Shown here: in pieces, positions 34,983 through 48,989 of the stretch
How the letters are laid out: every line of letters starts with the position of its first letter
Position numbering within the stretch: the first letter of the stretch is position 1
DNA from: Neoechinorhynchus agilis
Taxonomy: Eukaryota > Animalia > Acanthocephala
NCBI GenBank assembly: GCA_051530055.1
Contig: JBMGUZ010000005.1
Span: forward strand, 71,736 to 135,735
DNA length: 64,000 bases
Direction: 5' to 3'
Made by a program: the position numbers and the translations under genes
The notes under the pieces: generated by a model
Databases searched by the model: none
What the model saw: the letters and a program-made list of their open reading frames with translations, nothing else
Told to the model about the DNA's origin: nothing

Positions 34983-37345
34983 CGGGTTCATCATCAGTTT
35001 GTTAGTAATAGACGGCTAATCACATTCCCCGGTATCTCACATATCGACATTTTTAAGCTTAGGATGTTCGCCGAGAACTCTACGAGCCTCTTTCACGATG
35101 ATCGGACTTGATGTTACTGATTCTTGTCGGTCACGTAAAAGAAGCAGCTCCGGCGGCGTGTACCGCTCCATTGGTGATGCGGCAACGAACAGGAGCAACA
35201 AAATCCACCAGTGTAACGGGAAAAAGCGAGGGCGTCGTAGCTCTCGCCGACGACTTGAGCGTCGAAATGAGCGAAACTGTCGCTGGAGGCAACGAAAGCG
35301 TCAGTCGAAGCTCATCACCGTGGTGGGTACGGACTGTTCAGGTGGCGCTGACAGCCGTGAGCCCTTTGACCCAGCTATTTCAAACAGAAGAGGACTACGA
35401 ATCAGATCCTTGAATTGTAGGAATCTGCTAGCGCAATGGCGTAGGTGAACCCTGGCCAAATTGGCAAGGGACGCCAGAATGGATCTTGTGTTTTCACAAG
35501 AATTGCGCATAAGAGGGCAATCAGACTGAGACGTAAATCAGGAGGATTTAGGAGGAGGCTGGTCATTATCTTACCTATCTGCGGACAGTCGAGGAAATGG
35601 AGGTGTAGGCGTTTGTTTATCACCCCGTCTCCGACACTCAGCACTATGCAATATTATAACTGACCGAATCCTTCGTGTCAGCATAAAGCATCGGTCGAGA
35701 AATCTCTATGCTTTTGGCGTATATTCACCGACCTCCTCGTCGGATGATGAGGCGCTTCCAAAAGGCACAATCGTCCCAAGCACTGAGGCATACTTCACTG
35801 GACCGATTTCCGTGAAGGAAGCGATCGCTGCGGCGAAAATGATGCGTGCGGGACGTGAATCAGGCCCAGATGGGATAATGGCAGAGGTACTGAGGTTTGA
35901 ATCCATTGGCAGAAAAATCATACCGATAATGAATGGTGGCTCAGTACCTCAAATCTGGCAAACGGCGCATTCAACAATGATCCCAAGAAATGCTGCTCGA
36001 CAAAGGTGGAGGACTGCAGGGCTATATCCTTGATTCCAACACGGCAAAACTTTTCAGCAGCATTTTGAGACGCCGAATTCAGCCAATCCTCGAGCCGTTT
36101 CTAAGAATTGAACAGAACGGCTTCAGGATAGGTCGAGGCACCGCAGAGCACATATTTGCTTTGAGGAGGATCCTCGAGGAGGCACGAATTCATCAAACGG
36201 ATGTGACGCTGGTATTTGTTTATTTCCGTCGAGCTTTCGATTCGGTAAATCGAAAGATGATTGGCGGTATCTTAAAGGAGTATGGAGTGCCGCCGATCAT
36301 TGTCACATCCGCTTTGGCATTATATAAAAACACAATGTCCGCCGTCAAGACAGCTGACGGTTTGACAGAATACTTTTCCACCACTTCAGGTGTTCTGCAG
36401 GGCGACACATTGGCTCCTTTCCTCTTCATCTTGGTGCTTGACTGGGTAATGAGATGGGCACTACCGAATGATGAAGATGGATTTCTTCTGTTTAGGAACA
36501 GAGATTGCAGGTATCCTGAGATACGTGCCTCCTACATGGCATATGCCGACGACATCGTATTGATGTCCTCAACAGTCGAAGGAGCTCAACGCATGCTAAA
36601 TGGACTGCGCGAGAGGGTGAGTATGATTGGTCTGACCATCAACTCGAAAAAGACGGAATTTTTGACGATTCCGCATGTCGCGCATACAGTCTATGGCGAA
36701 GGGCGGAATGGCGTTGAGCAATTAAAGCAGATAGAGCGGTATGCCTATCTGGGAACTGTCGTTCCTGAGGTGAGTGCGGATGTCAGCCGACGGAGAGCTA
36801 TAGCTTGGAGAGCAATGGGACAACTTAAACCACTGTTTGACAGTGAGTCTTTGCCAGATGAACTCCGTTCGCAGCTGCTCATGGCTCTAATTGAGAGCAT
36901 TCTCTACTACAATGCAGAGACCTGGACACTGTCACCAACGGCGACGAGGCAGTTGGACCAAAATCATTCATCTCTCTTACGTGCGGCGTTAAAGGTCAGA
37001 TGGTCAGATAAAGTGACCAACAAAGCACTGTATAAGAGAGCCGGAGTCCAACCGCCCAGTGAATATTTTCGCCACAGACGACTGCAGTTCATGAGCAATA
37101 TAATTCGGTCCGAGGCATCTTGCCCACAGGTCGTGCAACAGTTCCTTTTATGGAAGCCAACGACATTGTATCGTAAAGGCAAAGGGAACTGTCGTACATG
37201 CGATGACCTGATTTTAAGAAACGCGAATTGCCCGCATAACAGGACTGCTGTCGTGTATTTTAGATCCCTTGCGGAGTCTAATTCTATTTGACGGGCTTAT
37301 ACCTACGGTGCAACGTAGGAAAGTACCGCTGCATACAATACAATT
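34983..37345 (+). mobile_element. RTE-clade LINE (frameshifted APE, 433-aa RT ORF 35990-37291) inserted into the ORF1 remnant
   Basis: DLVFSQELRI...GGVGVCL (APE); EQNGFRIGRGT, FRRAFDSV, GVLQGDTLAPFLF, AYADD; short atacaatacaat tail. Flanks rejoin the sequence that is continuous at 12721-12760. Confidence 0.9.
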
Positions 37346-38030
37346 CCAATGGCCAGAGGTGTTTGAGCCCAATGTCCCCATTTTTGACACTTGTTGCATT
37401 TTGGATAGGTATAGTCATCTTGTTGTGAAATTTTGTTCATAAAGAATTTTACTTCCACAGATTGAAAGGAGCATGGAGATGTTGTTAGCTTGTCTTGAAC
37501 ATGAACAGGTGTTTTAACCACTGGCCGAGGAATCAGTTTCCCACGTAGTAAAGACTTTAAGAAGAATAACAGCTTACATCCGAACTTTTCGAAAGCGACC
37601 CTGTCTTCATTATCTATCTCCGGTGAGAGGTCAGAAACGATGGACGTAGATGTATAGCTTGAATCCGCGTATTGCAGGCTAGCATCATCCTTAAATCTAG
37701 TAAGGAAAACTCCTGAATTGTTTCTTAAATAAATCGGAGATGAAGTGAACTTTCAAAACTCAACCATTAAGCGAAATTGACTTAATATGACGGCGCTGCG
37801 TAAGCCTTGTTAAGGGATTCCCTGGGTTGAACGGGGTTCGTCGTTATTGAGATCGAAAATGGCCATTTTTTAAATTGGTATCGAGGTACTGATAATCGCT
37901 TGAATTCGCACGATCTTGAGGTTTTTGTTGTATGTTCCCGAGCTGTTCATGACTCACCTCAGGAATGAAAGGTCCACTCATGTCTTCGTCCGTATCCATT
38001 AATTCCGTCACTTGGTCGTCTTAACGAGTT
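37346..38030 (-). mobile_element. LINE ORF1 remnant, copy 2 (right part)
   Basis: YPKCNKCQKWGH; colinear with 12750-13440. Confidence 0.6.
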
Positions 38031-38049
38031 TAATTCATTGTTTTAACAT

Positions 38050-38900
38050 TATTTTCTGGTCGACATGAAAAAATACAAAATTAATGATTTGTTATTGATT
38101 TGGTTTCGATTTGTAGAGGGAACATAACGCGTTTTATTAATAATGCGTTCAAATGGGCATAAATTTTTGTTCATTGGTACACTCGACAGTGTTCGACCGG
38201 TTGAGATAATGTATTTTTTAACAGCAATAAATAACCTTAGCACTAAATTGTTAAGACCTTTAGAGTTTGTTGAAGTAACAAAGATAAATGAAGCGTTAAT
38301 GTAATCTTTCTGGCGAAAAGCTAAAGTTATAAAACCTTTTGCAAAAACGTCGAATTGGTTTTTGGAAATAATAATTCATTTCCTTCAGGATGTCGATGCT
38401 TCGCGGTCACATTGACACCTTCAATGTCTTTTTTCATCCCGAATCGTGGAATTGAAACAAACAGAAATTTTATCGATGGATACAAAAATTTTCTTTAATT
38501 TTTTTCGGTGCCCTCTGAAGCGTCCGAGCGGACACTGTACTCGTCATTGGGCTTTGGCCTGAGGCCGCAACTTACTGTAAATTGTTTCGAGATAGAAGTG
38601 AAAGTTAGAAAGTTGTTTTTCGCAGTGAGAGTTCGTTAGCGAAAATCGATACTCTTTTGATGTTCTTTGAAAAGTGAGCCTTACCTTAACTCACGGAGAA
38701 AAACTTCTTGCGCTCTTCGCTATCTATGAACTCGTCAATAAACACCTTACCTTGAAAGTTGCGACGAATCCAACAGAGCTTAAAAGACTAAAATTATAAT
38801 TAATTTTTACCTTTCAATACAAGTATATTTGAATCTTTGCCAAAAACCAGAGGGAGTGAAATATAAAAGTCGTTAAAATAAATCGTGTATTCAAAAATTA
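38050..38900 (-). pseudogene. PTP-like gene remnant, copy 3
   Basis: KDYINASFI read on the minus strand near 38290-38310. Confidence 0.45.
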
Positions 38901-39637
38901 ACTTCATTGGGGTTGAGTCAAGAGTTTTCATCGCAAACTCTACTTAGTATACAACGCCTATGCTTTTTCGAGGCAATAAAAAGAATTAACGATATTCTTC
39001 AGGTCATTTCAATCCAATGGTCGTCTTTCAAGGAAAATAACTACAAGACCGCTTTTTTAGACATATTAGAATATTTCACAGCAAAACACGAAAGCTTGAA
39101 AATCTGTTTCTACGATCTTTGGACAGCATTTTATTAAAAAACGATGGAGACTTCTTGTTCGAAGAATGAAAGGTTGGATAAGCAATAAAAAGCTCAGGAA
39201 AATATTATTGCTACCATCAAAATTCGAATTCGATGCCCTAAAGTGTTGAATGGAGGCTTCGAGCATCTTCGTATCCGAATTTAATGGCAATACTTAAAGT
39301 GATTTAATGATCTTTTTGCAGTGCAAATTCTCTCTTTTAAGAATCGCTTCTACGGAACCTCATCCTTTTTCTCTTCTACTCTTATCATTTGCAACTTCGT
39401 GTACACGATTACCAACGCTCTCACTAATTCAAATTTAGAACATTGGAGGATTGGCTACCACAAATAAAGAAATATTGCGATATAAAAATCAAGTGCTCCC
39501 AAATATTTGTATGATTGTACAAGTGCTAATGAGCCAAGGCCTTGTTCGAATATGAAACATCTTTAATTTCACGAACAGTTACAAAACTATATAATAATAA
39601 CACATTTTACTAATAATCGATACTAAACTTTGAACGG

Positions 39638-40483
39638 TCAGAAAAATATCCTTCTGAAGTAGTTGAATGCCGCAACGGCCACTTGGTAGACGGCATCAAT
39701 AATATTCTTTATTGTTGTCAATCCATTCCAAGGTTTCGATACGATATTCGGCTCCGTTTGCGTGCTACTTTCTTGCAAATCTATTATCTTGCACGTCGCT
39801 GGGCGTACATAACGACCTTGAGGTTCTTTTGGCTCTACTTCACTAAATAAAGTAAAAAACTCGCTGTATTTTTCGAATTCCAACGACGACTCATTAAATA
39901 TAACGGTTGATTCCTGAAAATCGAGAAACGATTCGTAGTAATCTTCGTTTCCATTCCAAACGTGATTAAAGGCCGGATTCTCACAATAGAGAAGAGGTGA
40001 GCCATATTCGTCCATTCCTGATCGTGAATCGTAATAATCAAAAGTCACGTTCTCGAAACCTGGTGGAGTTGAGAAGTATCCTTCGTTTTCGGGCTCGTAA
40101 TCGTAATAAGAAAATGAGCAATTTTCAAAACCTGGTGGAGGTAAGCAATATTCTTCATTTCCAATCGATGAATGATTATTACTGAAGTCATCTATGCTTG
40201 GTGGTGACTCATTGAAAATAAAGGTGAAATCATCAAAGCCGGGCGGAGGTGCACAATTATTTATAGTATTATCTGCGTTTTCCAAAATTTTTTCGACTTC
40301 TCGATCGAGGTAAATATCATCATCTAAGGGATTATATATTTGGTGACCTTGGTGAATAATGTCGAACGTTGGTGGATCTGGATGGCTGAAACTATTGGGC
40401 TGACCAGAGATGTGGTTCCGCAGGAATTGTGCGCTTTCCTCGATTGGTGGTGCCCTTATCCCGAATGGTTGTCTTGTCGTCAT
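39638..40483 (-). CDS. Orphan 281-aa PPGF-motif protein, copy 2
   Basis: Intact ORF, 5 aa differences from copy 1, no indels. The 5'-UTR intron signals are conserved; the polyA signal is the variant AGTAAA. Confidence 0.7.
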   Translation of the reverse strand: MTTRQPFGIRAPPIEESAQFLRNHISGQPNSFSHPDPPTFDIIHQGHQIYNPLDDDIYLDREVEKILENADNTINNCAPPPGFDDFTFIFNESPPSIDDFSNNHSSIGNEEYCLPPPGFENCSFSYYDYEPENEGYFSTPPGFENVTFDYYDSRSGMDEYGSPLLYCENPAFNHVWNGNEDYYESFLDFQESTVIFNESSLEFEKYSEFFTLFSEVEPKEPQGRYVRPATCKIIDLQESSTQTEPNIVSKPWNGLTTIKNIIDAVYQVAVAAFNYFRRIFF

Positions 40484-42289
40484 ACTTCAAATCTGTAGCT
40501 CCGAACTGTCTAAAATTAGGAAACTACGGTTAGTCGAGATTTTGGAGGCTTTACTTTCTTTATCAGGTTTTCTAATGATCTACCAAAAAGTTCAGTTACT
40601 TAACAGCTAAATGTTTCTATAAACCTGACGCAGCGTTTCGAATGACAGGTGATTTTCAAATCATTCCAAATTAAAACTAATGCAATTTCTGCAAATTTTA
40701 TGACATTTCATATCCCTAAAACCCCGCTGAATTGCAACATTCTGATTGGGGAATTCTTTACTGTATCGCTTTCGACACTTATCAAGACGTTACAACCGAT
40801 ATCACAAACGTATTGATTGTCTACGGTTGAAACTCCGATACGTGTCAAAGAGGTCGATTTTAATCTGTCGATTGAACCGTAAAATTGATGACACATCCCT
40901 AATGAGGCGTGAAAATTCGTTTCGGAACAAGCGACTTAGTTGTTGTTAATACCTTACAGCTACTTTAGCATTAAAATTCGATGCTTTTTACAAAGACAGG
41001 TAATTAGAGCATGCTGATTGGCTACTTTTCATTGAGGAAACCATACACGTGATGTTCCGAAATATGTGGAGGGAAAAACGTTTGTGCTAATACCTCGCTA
41101 TCTATTGATCGATTAACCCATTTCATCAAATTTTACTTCCAAAAATACGGATTCAATTTGAGATCTCATGATGTAAATTTGTCCGAAATTTCTTACCTCG
41201 ATTTAATAGAAAAATTTCTTGCTAGGATTTCATTAGATTTTTGAAAGGATGCAACGAGGACGAAAATTGTCTCGAAACCGTTATCAAATATCTCTTCTCT
41301 TTTGAAGAATTTAATTTGACATGTCTTAATGACAACATTTTTCCTTCCGCAATACTAAAAAGCACGTTATAAATATTGTTCACGCACAGAAATAATGACA
41401 TTCCTTGATCGATTTGGTATTGAGAAATATTACAGTTCTTAATAATCTTTGCATTTATTTGCATGGTATCGATGGTTATGAGGATCGGGAAATCGAGAAA
41501 GTTTCAACGACCAACAGAATCAGCTGGTGGAAGTTCGAGAAAGAGGGAAATGAATAGTGATGCCTTAGCAGTCCTCAGGATCCCATTCGTTAGAGAAAAA
41601 ACCCAAGAGCGACATCAGGAGGCTCAAAAAGAGACAGGTCTATAAATTCCATCAGTTCACAGGAGCCCTCCGAAAAAGCATCCGGCAAGCAATGTCCAAG
41701 GACGATTGACGCCAAAAATGCCACTTTGCACGAGGAGTAATGCCAACTATTAGACTAAATGTGTTCAGTGCGCACAAGAACAGATTCGAGTCGTCTACAT
41801 TGGGAAGATGGACGTATTTGTGAACAGTTTCGTAATGCTTTACCTAAAGAATGTGATTTCCAATTCAGTTGGTTTCGCTGCTCAGTACCTTCAAGATGCA
41901 TTAACCCGCTTGGTCGATGAACAGTGAGAGTGAGGGGCTCAAATTCTAGATCAGAAATCCATGGGACACGATCTTATTTTATTTGAATTTGGACAGTTCG
42001 ATCTAAAGACTAAAGTGGTTTTCTATGACAAGACTATCATTAATTTCAAACCATCAAATAAAATCTAATCTGTATAAAATTAACTGAAATGAATGATATT
42101 ATGTCCAAGGCCCCCAATGATAACTTGGTCACCTTTTCATGTCTAAGGAAACAGAGACCCTCCAAATTAACAAATTTTCGTATGAGATTATCAATAATCA
42201 GTGAATCGCAAGGCAACATGACCTTAAGTAAATTTTAAAAAGCAGAATTTTACAAATGTCTTGCAAATGAAAATCTAGAAAGAGATGTC

Positions 42290-44870
42290 GACAAAGATGG
42301 GTGGGTTCCAAGATGTTGGGGAAGTTCGCCGTTCTCAACGCCCAAGAAATTACGCTATTGATCTCAGAATGGCGTGAGAACCTTCCTCCTGACTTTTGGC
42401 AAACGAAACCGTGTCGCCCGAAAGCATCAACCAAAGACCCACATCGACAGCGATGGAGCGTGTATATCGGGAGACCAAGTCTTAAGGAAACTGCGATCCT
42501 CGTTACCTCATCAGTGAGAAGAGTTCCCATGGATGCCAGAGGAACAGCCCCCAACCACGCTCCCGATTTTCGTGTCGAAATTGCCGACAATCTAGCTCGG
42601 ACGACCCCATCAAAAAAACCTGAAAGTAGTGAGCTGTGAGCTCTCGCGGCGAGAGGTATTTCCCAGATCAACTGTCTGACGCCATTCACGGGAACATGGT
42701 TAGCGCCTGTCTGCTGGCACCATTCTTCAACTGCCACCACAAATTCTTGGTCAAGACAAAACTTTTCCCTCAGAATTTTCTTCGCTATTGGTTGACTCCC
42801 CTCATACGATCCAAGAAAGGCTGGCAAGGCAAGGTCTAATAACGCCGGAATGCCCATTCCCTCAGATGACACTGGCAATGAAGATTGTCGCCACTACTCA
42901 TCTGAGAGCTGTAAATTAAAAATACGCTCGGGACAAGCCCTCACCTTGTCGTCGAGCTCAGCCAATCCTTCTTTATGTTTGAAGAATGTTGCTATGCGGA
43001 CCTTATATAACAATTTCGGGGTAAAGAGTGCGTTCTTTATCCGAAATAATGCTTCGTGAGCCGAAAGAGCGCTGACCCTATCACACAGCAACGAAAGTTT
43101 CGGTATGATGTGGCCGATCTCAGCGTCCACATTTGAATCAAATACGCAACTACCCAGGAGGCTGAGTTGCTCTGGAGTCTGAGCTCTATGTCCATTCTCG
43201 AGGTCTCCCTAATAAGCGTCTCCAAATCGCACAGTACAACGGAGGGATCACCTCCGAGCGTAGCCGCATCCAAATACCAAGCGCTGGAGCTGGAATGGAG
43301 AGAGTGCGCTATTGGATTTACTGTTGGGAGAATGCGATTGGACCGAGAGGATCCTTATGCTGCTCTCCTCTTTCGGACCAAATAAGGTGGTCTTCAAAAA
43401 GCAAAGGAGTCGCGGTCCCGTGAGCATTGAGAAAATACTGGAAAGCTTCTGGTGCTTGATCCCTAATTGTACAGAACATACATTCTCTATTGAAAGAGTA
43501 AAGGGCGTTCTGAAAATCACACTTAAGAATCACGCACGGCTCTGAATTCCTCGTAGTAAAGTTTCGGAGCGCGTGGACAATAGTTTCCGCCCCACAGGAT
43601 GTGCAGCAGCCCAGTTGGACTGGGCGAAGTTGCTGCCCGGTTTTCTCTTTGATACGTCTACAGAGAATTTTTCTGCAAGTCGGCGTATCGTCGAAGATAC
43701 GGCGATGGGACGAATCCCGCCTTCTTTTTTTGTGAGGGCACATAATGATGCTCCGAAGAATTGGTAATTTGCAACGGAATTCAAATCCTCTACAGTCGGG
43801 CGGTCGACCACCCGAGAAAGCGCACTTTCCAGAGAGAGCTGCTTCACCAGTTATATAATAATAACACGTTTATTGGATACAAAGAAAGGTTTAGGAGGAC
43901 CCATGTACCTTTGAGTCCTCATCCGTTAATATGGTATATGCCGTCGAGAGATGTTCGTTCGGGAGGTAATATCTGATCGGAGGGATGTCTATTCGGGTTG
44001 GAAATTTCTAGTCGGGGACGGTTCGTTCGGGTGAAAGGACATCGTGTTCTTTAGGTGCTGAGGCCTTTTCTCGTCAAGTTCATGACACGAACCATTTGCA
44101 AAAGATGAGATGGCTTTTTTAACTCTAAAATTTGAGTGGGTGTCCTGTTTTGTATGGGAGGATGTGTAATTTCAAAACTGCCACCACTGCATGGATGTTT
44201 TGACCGGAGTATTTTTAGTGTCGCGTTGTCTCATTGTGCAAAACTGTCGGAGGATGACAATAACCGAACTGCCCTCCGAGCATTTCCGTCCGTAATCTTC
44301 GAAGAAACTCGTTCAGTCAGGGATCCCTTTGAAAAACGGCAACGAAACGTGCGTCCCTCACGAACCTCACGAAATCTCATTTCGAAATTGTGAAATATCT
44401 GTTCGAAGGAGTCAAAGACACTTCAGAATCATCACTGGTACAAAGGACTAAGCGCGGGAATGCGAAGAACCGGGTCTATGGTGGCGCACAGTTATTTTGG
44501 AGGCAATCGTTGAGGAATCCCGTAAATGTTTTGGCGACCTGATGTGGTACGCAGTTTGAGATCCGTTTCAGGATGTTCCTGAGCAGAACCCGCACTATAT
44601 CAGGTATCGAGAGGTCCTAGGCATAAACAGATTGGTTTATTGTGGTGGAGAACCAGACCCGCTACAGCGGAGATCCCTGGGAACATTGGCAAACAAAACC
44701 CTAAACTTTGTTAATTTAAGGACTTATCGCAAACCGGACACACGCCAATAGAGACGCGTGGGAGCTCGGCAGCGTTGGTCTTCTATGGTTGAGCCGATCG
44801 ATAAGTGGCGCGTTCAAGGTGTCTTCGTCAGTAGCGTCGATTGTAGGCGATATGAACGCAGTTCGCTGCT
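42290..44870 (-). mobile_element. CRE family 1, copy 3 (most complete RT)
   Basis: KEGGIRPIAV, QLRPVQLGC...GAETIVHALR, KCDFQNA, DPLGPIAF. Non-matching sequence at ~43850-44320. Confidence 0.9.
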
Positions 44871-45699
44871 TGTTTTAAGTCGAGATTTTTTTGAGAACTG
44901 AGCCTAAGAATTGTCAGAATTTTATGGCGGTTGCATTGATTGTTGGCGATTATGTGGTCGTCGGTCCTTGAATTTCCGAATATGCAATACGCTTTTCAAA
45001 TTGAGTATTTCATTGTTGCGTGGGTAACAGAGTCAGCCTATTCATTAAACGATCTCTCTCTTGTAATTCATTATAAGATCATCGATAGAAAGTCCTTCGG
45101 GATAATAAAATTACACCTTCGGTGGGAATAATCCCGGTCATTACATATTTTATTAATCCGAAATATTTCGCGAGGTATCCTCGCCTCTTCAGTCATCTAA
45201 AAGTACCTCGCGAGATATTTCGAATAAATAAAATATGTAATGACCGGGATTATTCTCACAGAAAGTGTAATTATAAGATCATTTCGGGATTTCTGTTACA
45301 CCCTCAGTCGCTGATGATGGTTGAATGGAATTTTATCGCTTTTCAAGCTAATGCTCAATTCCGGGCTAATCTCCCAATTAGAATCCTTCGACTTCCCATG
45401 CTTTTTATTTTGGTTCTTGTACTGTGGAAGGAACGTTTCGGTCCGCAATATCTAAATCCGGCTTCGTAAATTTCATATACCACAAACGAAAGAGCTCTAA
45501 AGAAATATTTTGAATTCAGGAGTAGATCTCGTCTTCGTTGACCTTAATGATCCTTCATCAAAGTGTTTGAAAGGAGTAATCAGGTCTACTGACTTGATCG
45601 ATATTATTTCATCGCATTACCCCACCTTCTCCTCGAATAATTCGACGACTTATTTTGATCTGTGCCTCAGGCCGAGAGCGTGATGGCTCAAGCTTTTGG

Positions 45700-46270
45700 C
45701 ATAAACCCAATCAGTTGTTTATCTTCGCACGGAAGATGATTTGATTATGTGGAACTTCGAGCACCACCAACTTTTCGGTAAAACATTCAAGATCACTTGG
45801 TTAGACTTCAATCCTTTTAATCCAGTCCTCAGATTGTGATCTAAACTTTTACAAAAAAAGGCAAATGATGAGGGTAATGGAAATCGGAGACGCTGTTGCA
45901 TATCGGGTTAATTCATTGCAGACTCGGCAGTTCTTAAGCAGAAATTGGGAAGCCAATTAGAAGAGGATCAGCGAGAGCGGGGACCCTTGCGGAACTCCTT
46001 TAGTTTGATGATAAATCTTGTGAGATGTGTTATCTTGATAAAAAATTGCTCAGACTTCATAGTGTTGTGCACTCATGCAACTAGGTTATAAGGGAAGTGA
46101 AAATAACGAAGGATCTTTATTATAAAAGCGATATCAATGTTATCAAAAGCCTTAGAGATATCGAAGGAAATTAAAATGTTCATTGACTTCTTATTGGAAT
46201 TAAAATCAGTGATAATTTCAGACAAAACCGTCTGAACAGATTTATGGGGTAAAAACCGTGGCATTCGTGG
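45700..46270 (-). mobile_element. Decayed LINE ORF2 fragments
   Basis: SFDISKAFDNID and GVPQGSPLSLILF. Confidence 0.75.
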
Positions 46271-46278
46271 TCGAGCAA

Positions 46279-47000
46279 TTAGTGCCCGTTCGTAGATTGG
46301 ACGATCAACTCTGAACAGCGGAAAGTGCCGAACAGCTCCCTGATCTCCACATTTCTTTGCTTATCCTTGAGAATGCACCCTGCTGCCCATCTCAGCATCC
46401 TCATCTCGTGCGTTTCTAATCTTCTGAGGTCGTTTTGCTTGGTCGTCCAAGTTTCTGCGCTATATAACATGGCTGGCCGCACCACGGTCTCGAACACCCG
46501 CCCTTTCAGTTTTGGTGAGATCTTTTTGTTGCATAATACACTAGAGATCTTCCTCCAATTGAGCCACTCCCTTTGTATATGAGCAGTTATTTCGGGTTCG
46601 GAGGAATTTGCCATATTTACTTCGCTGCCTTTATATTTCACTGTTCTTCTCATCGTCAAATCCACACCTTCTAATTTTAACGCTTCCGGTCCCATGCATA
46701 TTGTCTTCAACCTTTTTACCTTAAGACCGGTGGCTTCCAATGCCTCACGCTACCCTTCTAGACTTCGCTGAGACCTTTCACGTGTTTCAGCTGTCACCAT
46801 CAAGACATCAGCGACCAATAGTGTCCTTGGAGGCTTTCGGACGATTTGCTTAGAACCCAACACATCCATGATCGTGATGAATAGGAATGGACTGAGGGCT
46901 GATCCATGATGCAATCCAACTGTAACCTCAAAATCGTTTGTCTCTCCAACACTGCATCTGGCACAAGTACAGGATCCTTCGTACATGATCTGGATTGCTC
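46279..47000 (-). mobile_element. RTE-like RT C-terminal fragment
   Basis: GLHHGSALSPFLFITIMDVL; VVRPAMLYSAETW...EMRMLRWAAG. Confidence 0.85.
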
Positions 47001-48989
47001 TCGTGTATTCACACCCAGTGAAATCAGCAATAAGCTGTTCTTTATGCTTCTTAATTCGTGGCCGGCCTCCGCAACTTATAGCCCCCGTTTTACAGGCTTT
47101 AGCTTAGAAATATAATTTAATTAAGGCTTTTCTCGAGTTCGACACAACTTTTCATAAAATTATTGGGACAAAATAAATTCCCGGTATTAAGACTGGGTCG
47201 TTCAGGAAGCCTATATCTACAAATTAAGATGCCAATATATAAACCTCATAACATAGCACGAGATATAGTTCAAATATAGCTTAAAACAATTGTACGTGCA
47301 GTGATTGGTTTCTTCAATTACCCAAATAACAAGAACGCCGGGCAGGATTGAGAGAAAGCTGATAAAAAATTGTTAAGGAGATCCTGAAAAGGACAAATGT
47401 GGCACATTAAATATATTACAGCTTTTAGCAATGGGGAAATAGTAATCGTTTATTAAGTTCGCAGTTAACGGCAATGTAGCACACCGTTTTTGTTCTGAAT
47501 GTTAAACTTTAAGATTTGAACAAAAACTCGGATCATGCGATTTAGTACTTAAGTGTCAGTATTCGATAAGCAGTGATCAGTCGTGAATGTCATTTCGTGA
47601 TTTAAAGAAATCCTTAATATTAGTCAATGGTGTATAACTCAAGAAGTGCTCGTAGTCAAATAAGGCGGAATGCAGACTAAAACTCAAGATAAAGCCACCC
47701 TTAACTACCTCTACATTTCAGCGAAGTCCGTCGAGACGGGCGAAATATTGGGAATTAATTAATCAATCTCTATTCTTCAAATCTATAAAAAATAGTGACT
47801 AGGCAACGTTCGAGTGAGCTGGCCAAGTTATTTTATCAAGCGGCCTCGGACTGCACCAATCGACGTTGCTAGTAAGCCCTCGAAGACGGAATGGGCTCCA
47901 AGCCGTGACAGATTGCGTTCTTCGGCGCAGACTCTTAAGAGGTTGCAAGTGTGACCCAAGGAATGAGCAACACTGATTTAGCGAACCCGATAAAGATTGT
48001 CCAAGGGATTTCGTCAAGAGGGTCGTCTTTAAGGCATCGATCAAGTCTCTTAGTTTCTTTGCTATCATAGATCTTGTTGATCGAGGGATACTCCAGATTG
48101 CGGGAACGCTTTGTGTTAGGAGGTTTTGTTGCCCATTTGTAGATTCCGGGGTAGCCGTAAGACGGCGAAAGCTCGAAAATTAACATTTTATTTTTCTTTA
48201 TCACTGCAATGGCGAACCAAAGTGTCAATGGAAAACAAAACTGGATCAATAATGTGGCTGGAAAATTAAGTAGTATTTGACAAGATTATGCCCATTGTTT
48301 TCGAAAGGAACATGCGCCGGTAATCGTCGCGGCGGTGTAAGGCAATAAAATTTTTGTTTAAGTATTTTATACGCATTTTTAAGGATTTGCATTGATTGCC
48401 CGTAAAACTTAAGCACTTTAATATATTCTTATCTTTAGTCTGGTGGGCCGGTTAAAATTATTCTGTGTTGAAGTTGAAGCCTTTTTCACGGCTAGTTATT
48501 TTCCTTGGACATAGAACCCACCGATTTAAGTCACGGAAGCGCATTAATCACTTAATAACCTGAACAATACCGTTATGAGTTTGTATATCCCTCGGGATCC
48601 CCAGATACCTCCAGGTGACGGGACTCATCAGTAACTTTATTCTCTTCAACGGTATTTTGTCCTCTTTCGTTATGAGTCACCGACGATAATGGGCATTGAA
48701 GCCTTTGACCCTCAACCATAGATTTGAAGCTCAAGTCCGGCCAGTTTTCGACTAAGGGAAAATAAGCCGTGTGAATGATGGCCACTTTAAATGCATTCAG
48801 GAGTAATGGCTACCCGGACACAAAATAAAATAATTAACATTGTTCATGACATTGTTTCCCAAAACCATTCGATTTCGCGATTTTCAATAAAATCTGACTA
48901 CCTCATCTGCAATAACGTTTTCCGCACTTAAAGTCGCGAAAGTGAATTCCCTAATTAACGAGTTTAATTCATCGTCTGAACATTATTTT

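Noticed and set aside
47799-48249. Signal-peptide-like short ORFs (also 22622-22819)
   Set aside because: A hydrophobic start alone is weak evidence in AT-rich DNA; frames stop early and there is no second copy to test conservation.
48573-48785. PTP WPD loop (ENWPD) and a PIIV motif downstream of the PTP-like remnant
   Set aside because: Short motifs in inconsistent frames, present in one copy only, with no HC(X)5R signature.
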